Shown piece by piece: positions 59,178 to 64,000 of a stretch of DNA of 64,000 nucleotides (positions are counted from its first letter, which is position 1; every line of letters starts with the position of its first letter). Source of the stretch: Candidatus Levybacteria bacterium CG2_30_37_29. Its GTDB lineage: Bacteria; Patescibacteriota; Microgenomatia; Levybacterales; GWA1-39-11. Location of the stretch: the NCBI GenBank assembly GCA_001873215.1, contig MNYS01000002.1, positions 92,395-156,394 on the forward strand, in the 5' to 3' direction. Under the pieces are notes generated by a model. It worked only from the letters and a program-made list of their open reading frames with translations. It was not told where the DNA came from and ran no database searches. Both the position numbers and the translations under genes were made by a program.

Positions 59178-60629
59178 GTGAAGAAACTATCTACGTTTAT
59201 TCTTTGCACAATTCTTGTTTTTGGATTTATTGTTAGACTGTATCGATTCAATAATCCGATTGCAGACTGGCATTCTTTCCGTCAATCCGACACAAATGCC
59301 GTGTCTCAAATCTTTGTTAATAATGGAATAAATCTTTTATATCCAAAATACTTTGACATATCCAATGTTCAATCAGGAAAAGATAATCCTAAAGGATACC
59401 GTTTTGTTGAATTTCCTCTGTATAACGCTGTTCAGGTTTTATTATTCAAGTCAATAGGATGGGCGGGAATAACGCTTGAAGAATCAGGTAGGCTTATCTC
59501 AATTCTGGCAACACTAGCAGGCAGCCTGTTTATTTATTTACTGACGAGAAAATATGCAGGGAACGCGTCCGGTTTTTTTTCTGCTCTTTTTTACTTATTT
59601 TTACCCTTTTCTATTTTTTACGGAAGAACGGTTTTACCGGATGAATTGATGGCGACTGCAATTTTAGGAGGAATATATTTTTTTGACATAGCAATATCAA
59701 AAAAAAATTCTCAATTCCTAATTTTTAATTTTCAATTCTGGCTTGCAATTTTATTTACTGCAAGCTCGTTTTTACTCAAACCTTACGCTTTATTTTTTAC
59801 TTTACCCTTTTTCTATTTAGCGTTTCAAAGGTTTGGAATATATTTTTTAAAAAAATGGCAGCTTTTTTTATTTTTAATTTTGTCAACTGCTCCGCTTGTT
59901 GCATGGAGATTTTGGATTGGAAATTACCAAGAAGGAATACCAGTATCGGCTTGGCTTTTTAACGGAAATGGTATACGTTTTAGGCCGTCATTTTTTAGGT
60001 GGATATTTTATGAGCGTATAACGCGTTTGATTCTCGGATATGCCGGAGTAATTTTTCTATCTGCAGGAATATTTCAGGTGTTAAAACATAAAAATAAAGG
60101 ATTTTTTATCTCTTTTCTTTTGTCATCATTAATATATTTATTCGTTATGGCAACCGGTAATGTACAACATGATTATTATCAGATTCTTATAATACCGACT
60201 CTCAGCATGTTTTCCGGTATTGGAGTTTTGTGGCTTTATAATAAACTTAGACGGATTGGTGGTCAATTTTTGGGATTTGGTGTCTGTGTCGGGATAGCAG
60301 TTATATGTTTTTTGTTGTCATGGAATTCTGTTCGGGATTTTTTTAATATTAACGATGGTGTAATGGTAAAGTCAGCATATGGGGCACGAAAAGTTTTACC
60401 AAAAGACGCATTAATTATTGCTCCTTATGATGGAAGTACGACCTTTTTAAACTTAATTCAAAGACAAGGATGGCCCGTTCTTGAAAAATCAGTCGATCAA
60501 CTTAGCTTAATGGGAGCAGAATATCTTGTACTGGCAAATCCGACAAAAAATGATTTTGAAGGATTTGGTAAACAATATAAAATTTTTGCATCTTCTTCGT
60601 CTTATTTAATTTTACAATTAAAAAAATGA
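59178..60629 (+). CDS. ArnT-like GT-C glycosyltransferase
   Basis: VRLY..DWHSFRQSDT, VEFPLY, GRL.S, R..LPD, LLKP, NVQHDYYQ. GTG start. Confidence 0.8.
   Translation: MKKLSTFILCTILVFGFIVRLYRFNNPIADWHSFRQSDTNAVSQIFVNNGINLLYPKYFDISNVQSGKDNPKGYRFVEFPLYNAVQVLLFKSIGWAGITLEESGRLISILATLAGSLFIYLLTRKYAGNASGFFSALFYLFLPFSIFYGRTVLPDELMATAILGGIYFFDIAISKKNSQFLIFNFQFWLAILFTASSFLLKPYALFFTLPFFYLAFQRFGIYFLKKWQLFLFLILSTAPLVAWRFWIGNYQEGIPVSAWLFNGNGIRFRPSFFRWIFYERITRLILGYAGVIFLSAGIFQVLKHKNKGFFISFLLSSLIYLFVMATGNVQHDYYQILIIPTLSMFSGIGVLWLYNKLRRIGGQFLGFGVCVGIAVICFLLSWNSVRDFFNINDGVMVKSAYGARKVLPKDALIIAPYDGSTTFLNLIQRQGWPVLEKSVDQLSLMGAEYLVLANPTKNDFEGFGKQYKIFASSSSYLILQLKK
59706..59740 (+). repeat. Five 7-bp tandem repeats (AATTYYN) inside a CDS
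   Basis: AATTCTC AATTCCT AATTTTT AATTTTC AATTCTG, encoding NSQFLIFNFQF. Confidence 0.7.
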
Positions 60630-61804
60630 AAAAAATACTTTTTGTAACCTATGATTTTCCATATCCTACAACAAGCGGCGGGAAAAATAGAGCATATAAC
60701 TTAATTAAATTTGCGGGGAATGGACATGACATTCATCTTTTTTCTTTCACGCGAGATGATTTTAAAAAAGAATACGTAGACCAAATAAAAAAAATAGGAG
60801 TGTTATCAGTCACGACTCATAAAAGACGTAAAGTAAAAGATATTAGAAATATTATTGGTGTTTTTTCGCCGACACAATCAATTTTCAAAAAACTTTATTT
60901 TGATAAATCAATCCTTAGTCTGCTTATAGATTTGGTAGTAGAAAAAAAAGTTGATGTTATTCATTTCGAATCTTTTTATACAGGTTTTTATATATCAAGC
61001 GAATTTAAAAAGCTTGATGTAAAACAAATTTTTGGAACTGAAAATATTGAGCACCAAGTTTATAAAGATTATGTTTCCAACCGTGTTTCGCGAATCTTGA
61101 AACCCTTATATGAGCGTGAAGTTGGAAAAATAAAAAAAGAGGAAGAAGAAATGTTTGAAGCAAGCGATATCTGTCTTGCTGTGACAGAAGCCGAAAAAAA
61201 AATTATTAATGACACAAGTACAAAAAAATGCGCGATAATAGAAAACGGGATTGATATAAATAGTTTTACTTATAAAAAACCTGAAAAAAATGAAGCCGTA
61301 AGACTTCTTTTTGTGGGTAATTTTTCATATTTTCCGAATGTTGATGCAATTAATTTTTTTTATTCTGATGTTTTCAAAAATCTATCCGGGCAATTTAGAC
61401 TTACTATAATAGGAAAAAAAGCACATGGTCTTCTTGCAAAAAATGACAGTAGGATTAATTGTATTGAATTTGTTTCCGACATAAAAGACGCATATAAAAA
61501 TTGTGACATTATGGTATCTCCTGTCAGAATTGGAGGAGGTACAAATTTTAAAATCCTTGAAGCAATGGCAGCAGGTGTTCCGATAATTGCTCATCCGGCA
61601 CGTTTGCAAAGCTTGGGTGTTGTTTCAGGAAAACATGTTGTGACTGCTAAAACAGCCGACGAATTTATTTCAACCATTTTGAAACTTTCACTTGATTACA
61701 AAAAACGTGTTGCATTGTCGGCTGCTGCTCGTGTTTTTGTTGAAGAAAAATATTCATGGGAAAATATTGGAAAAAAACTAAATTCGATATGGGAAAATTT
61801 ATAA
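60626..61804 (+). CDS. GT4 glycosyltransferase
   Basis: PYP..SGG..R, ENIE, NGID, FVGNF.YFPN.DA, P.RIGGGT.FKILEAMAAG. Confidence 0.9.
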   Translation: MKKILFVTYDFPYPTTSGGKNRAYNLIKFAGNGHDIHLFSFTRDDFKKEYVDQIKKIGVLSVTTHKRRKVKDIRNIIGVFSPTQSIFKKLYFDKSILSLLIDLVVEKKVDVIHFESFYTGFYISSEFKKLDVKQIFGTENIEHQVYKDYVSNRVSRILKPLYEREVGKIKKEEEEMFEASDICLAVTEAEKKIINDTSTKKCAIIENGIDINSFTYKKPEKNEAVRLLFVGNFSYFPNVDAINFFYSDVFKNLSGQFRLTIIGKKAHGLLAKNDSRINCIEFVSDIKDAYKNCDIMVSPVRIGGGTNFKILEAMAAGVPIIAHPARLQSLGVVSGKHVVTAKTADEFISTILKLSLDYKKRVALSAAARVFVEEKYSWENIGKKLNSIWENL

Positions 61805-62721
61805 AAAAAAGAGGAATTGATTTATCAATTATTATTGTTTCTTATAACACAAAGAAACTGTTAGAAGAATGTATTAGGTCAGTTCAAAAAACAACAAAGA
61901 AAATCGGTTTTGAAATAATTGTTGTCGATAACGCTTCATCTGATGGAAGTTATCAAATGTTAGAAAATCTTCAGAAAGAAAAAGTTTTTAACAAAAGTCT
62001 AATACTTATTAAAAGTAAAGAAAATATTGGGTTTTCAAAAGGGAATAACTTAGGTATAAAAGTTTCAAGCGGAAAGTATCTTCTTTTTCTAAATCCGGAT
62101 ACGGTAGTTTATGAAAAAACAATAGACGGGATGTTTGAGTTTATGGAACAACATCCGGAGTGCGGTGCTTCAACGTGTTTTGTTGAACTTTTAAGCGGAA
62201 AACTTGATGATTCTTCCCATAGGGGATTTCCAACTCCATCGCGATCCTTCTTCCATTTTTCAGGTATTTCAAAAGTATTTAAAAATATCAAGCTTTTTAA
62301 CGGTTACAATCTTTCTTATTTAGATATTTCAAAAACTCATGAAATTGATTCACTAGCTGGGTCATTTATGTTAGTGCCTTTTAATGTTGGAGATAAATTA
62401 GGATGGTGGGATGAAGATTATTTCTTTTACGGAGAAGATATAGATTTTTGTTACCGAATTAAAAAAGCAGGATATAAGATTTATTTTGTTCCGGAGTTTA
62501 AAACGTTACACCTTAAAGGAATTTCAAGCGGAATTAAAAGTGTTTCAAAAGACATAACAAAAGCAACAAATGAAACTAAAAGGCGAGCAACACATCATAG
62601 ATTTAACTCCATGGAAATTTTTTATAATAAACATTACAAAAAAATATATCCAAAAATTGTTACATATCTTGTTTTGGTTGGCATTAAAATAAAAAGAAAG
62701 ATTGCAGAACGCAAAATTTAA
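61789..62721 (+). CDS. GT2 glycosyltransferase (rhamnosyltransferase-like)
   Basis: LSIIIVSYNT, VVDNASSD, N.GFSKGNN, FLNPDT, HRGFPTP, DEDYFFYGED. Start is 61756 or 61789. Confidence 0.9.
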   Translation: MGKFIKKRGIDLSIIIVSYNTKKLLEECIRSVQKTTKKIGFEIIVVDNASSDGSYQMLENLQKEKVFNKSLILIKSKENIGFSKGNNLGIKVSSGKYLLFLNPDTVVYEKTIDGMFEFMEQHPECGASTCFVELLSGKLDDSSHRGFPTPSRSFFHFSGISKVFKNIKLFNGYNLSYLDISKTHEIDSLAGSFMLVPFNVGDKLGWWDEDYFFYGEDIDFCYRIKKAGYKIYFVPEFKTLHLKGISSGIKSVSKDITKATNETKRRATHHRFNSMEIFYNKHYKKIYPKIVTYLVLVGIKIKRKIAERKI

Positions 62722-62722
62722 T

Positions 62723-63847
62723 ATGGTTATCGGAATTGATGCGCGTCTTTGGTATGAAAGCGGAGTAGGACGCTATATCAGGAATTTGGTTAATGGTTTT
62801 GATAAGAATGAATCCTCAAGTTTGAAATTTATTGTATTTTTAAACTCAAAAGCTTTTGATGAGGTTAGTTTTACAAATCCTAACATAAAAAAAGTTAAGG
62901 CTGATATAAAATGGCACACATTATCAGAGCAGTGGAAATTTAAGGAAATAGCTGAAAAGGAAAATGTTGATCTTATGCATTTTACATATTTTTCCCACCC
63001 GATTTTTTATAATAGACCTTTTGTTATAACGATTCACGACCTTATAATAACGAATTTTCCAACAGGCAGAGCCTCAACATTGCCCTACCCGTTATATGCA
63101 GCAAAACGTATCGGATATAATATTGTTCTCAACCACGCAGCAAGAAAAGCAAAAAAAATTATAACTCCGACAGTAACCGTAAAAAATTTAGTAGCGGAAA
63201 AGCTGAAAGTATTACAGGATGATATTGTAGTAACTTACGAAGGGGGTTTGGAAAAACACAAGTTTAAGAAAAAATATTCTTTGCATGTAGAGGCCGTATT
63301 AAAACAACTTCCAAAAACATTTTTCTTATATGTCGGGAATGCATACCCTCACAAAAATATAAAAATACTAATTGATGCAATACAAAAGATAGAAGATAAA
63401 AATACATCTATAGTTATGGTTGGAAAAGAAGATTTTTTTTATAAGCGGTTAAAAAATGAAATAATGGTAAGAAATTTAAATAATAGAATTATATTTCTTG
63501 ATAAGGTAGACGATGATGTTCTTGTTAATTTATACACGCATGCAAGAGCATTAGTTGTCCCTTCGCTACAGGAAGGGTTTGGTTTGCCTGCAGTAGAGGC
63601 TCTTCAATTAGAGTGTTTGGTTGTAGCGTCTGATATTCCTGTTCATCATGAGGTTTTGCAGAATGGAGTTTTGTATTTTGATCCGCAAGACAGTTCTGAT
63701 TTGGTATCAAAAATGGAGCAAGTATTACATTTGACGAAAGAAAAAAGGGAAGAACTTGAAGATCACGGTTTTTGTATTGGTAATAAGTATTCATGGGAAA
63801 CAATGGTGAAAAAAACTCTGGAAGTATATAAAAGTTATCTTGGTTAA
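62723..63847 (+). CDS. GT4 glycosyltransferase (mannosyltransferase-like)
   Basis: IGIDAR..SGVGRY, ITIHDL, YVGNAYPHKN, PSLQEGFGLPAVEA, SDIPV. Confidence 0.92.
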   Translation: MVIGIDARLWYESGVGRYIRNLVNGFDKNESSSLKFIVFLNSKAFDEVSFTNPNIKKVKADIKWHTLSEQWKFKEIAEKENVDLMHFTYFSHPIFYNRPFVITIHDLIITNFPTGRASTLPYPLYAAKRIGYNIVLNHAARKAKKIITPTVTVKNLVAEKLKVLQDDIVVTYEGGLEKHKFKKKYSLHVEAVLKQLPKTFFLYVGNAYPHKNIKILIDAIQKIEDKNTSIVMVGKEDFFYKRLKNEIMVRNLNNRIIFLDKVDDDVLVNLYTHARALVVPSLQEGFGLPAVEALQLECLVVASDIPVHHEVLQNGVLYFDPQDSSDLVSKMEQVLHLTKEKREELEDHGFCIGNKYSWETMVKKTLEVYKSYLG

Positions 63848-63878
63848 AGCTTAGACCTCCATTTTCAACAAATTGTGG

Positions 63879-63884
63879 TATCAT
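63879..63884 (+). promoter_or_regulatory. Putative extended -10 box (TGG-TATCAT), leaderless geometry
   Basis: 7 nt before ATG 63892. Confidence 0.4.
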
Positions 63885-63891
63885 ACTGTGA

Positions 63892-64000
63892 ATGAAAGTT
63901 GCGCTTGTTTATGACCGTATAAATAAATGGGGCGGTGCGGAAAGAGTTCTTCTTGCTCTATATAATATTTTTCCAAATGCTACTCTTTTTACCTCGGTGT
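63892..64000 (+). CDS. GT4 glycosyltransferase, 3'-truncated by window edge
   Basis: Not in the ORF track. Reads MKVALVYDRINKWGGAERVLLALYNIFPNATLFTSV, a typical GT4 N-terminus. Confidence 0.8.
   Translation, partial: MKVALVYDRINKWGGAERVLLALYNIFPNATLFTSV

Noticed and set aside
14768-62709. Identical 12-mer AAGATTGCAGAA near the 3' ends of two genes (14768 and 62698)
   Set aside because: Both encode KIAE; one such match is plausible by chance in 64 kb of AT-rich DNA.
1175-63884. The many 60-120 aa antisense and alternative-frame ORFs in the track
   Set aside because: They lie within or largely overlap well-supported genes, show no recognisable motifs, and are expected shadows of coding sequence.
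1-64000. Alternative genetic code (TGA read as Gly or Trp)
   Set aside because: Full-length proteins are obtained with code 11, and TGA terminates many genes in ATGA overlaps.

Overview
The whole 64 kb window is one AT-rich, almost entirely + strand cell-surface glycosylation locus that runs off both ends. It holds about 57 intact or edge-truncated CDSs plus two gene fragments. These include 18 genes for membrane-embedded GT-C-fold glycosyltransferases, 11 of them in the first 19 kb. There are also about 14 soluble GT2/GT4 genes, a Wzx flippase, nucleotide-sugar enzymes (galE, rfbF, rfbC, rfbD, SDR epimerases), four SAM methyltransferases, three left-handed beta-helix acyltransferases and an SGNH hydrolase. 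Gene content, pervasive ATGA overlaps and -10 boxes placed just before start codons suggest a Patescibacteria (CPR, Microgenomates-like) genome using code 11; this is inference. I saw no rRNA, tRNA, CRISPR array or transposase. The most unusual signals are: (i) a four-helix-bundle (23S-IVP/Avd-like) gene bracketed by two mutually inverted tandem-repeat arrays that overlap the start and stop codons at both junctions; (ii) several short 7-10 bp period arrays at start codons and inside CDSs; (iii) an O-antigen-ligase/GT-C fusion; (iv) a stand-alone GT4 N-terminal half; (v) an out-of-frame deletion scar. All family calls come from motif recognition by eye, not database searches.
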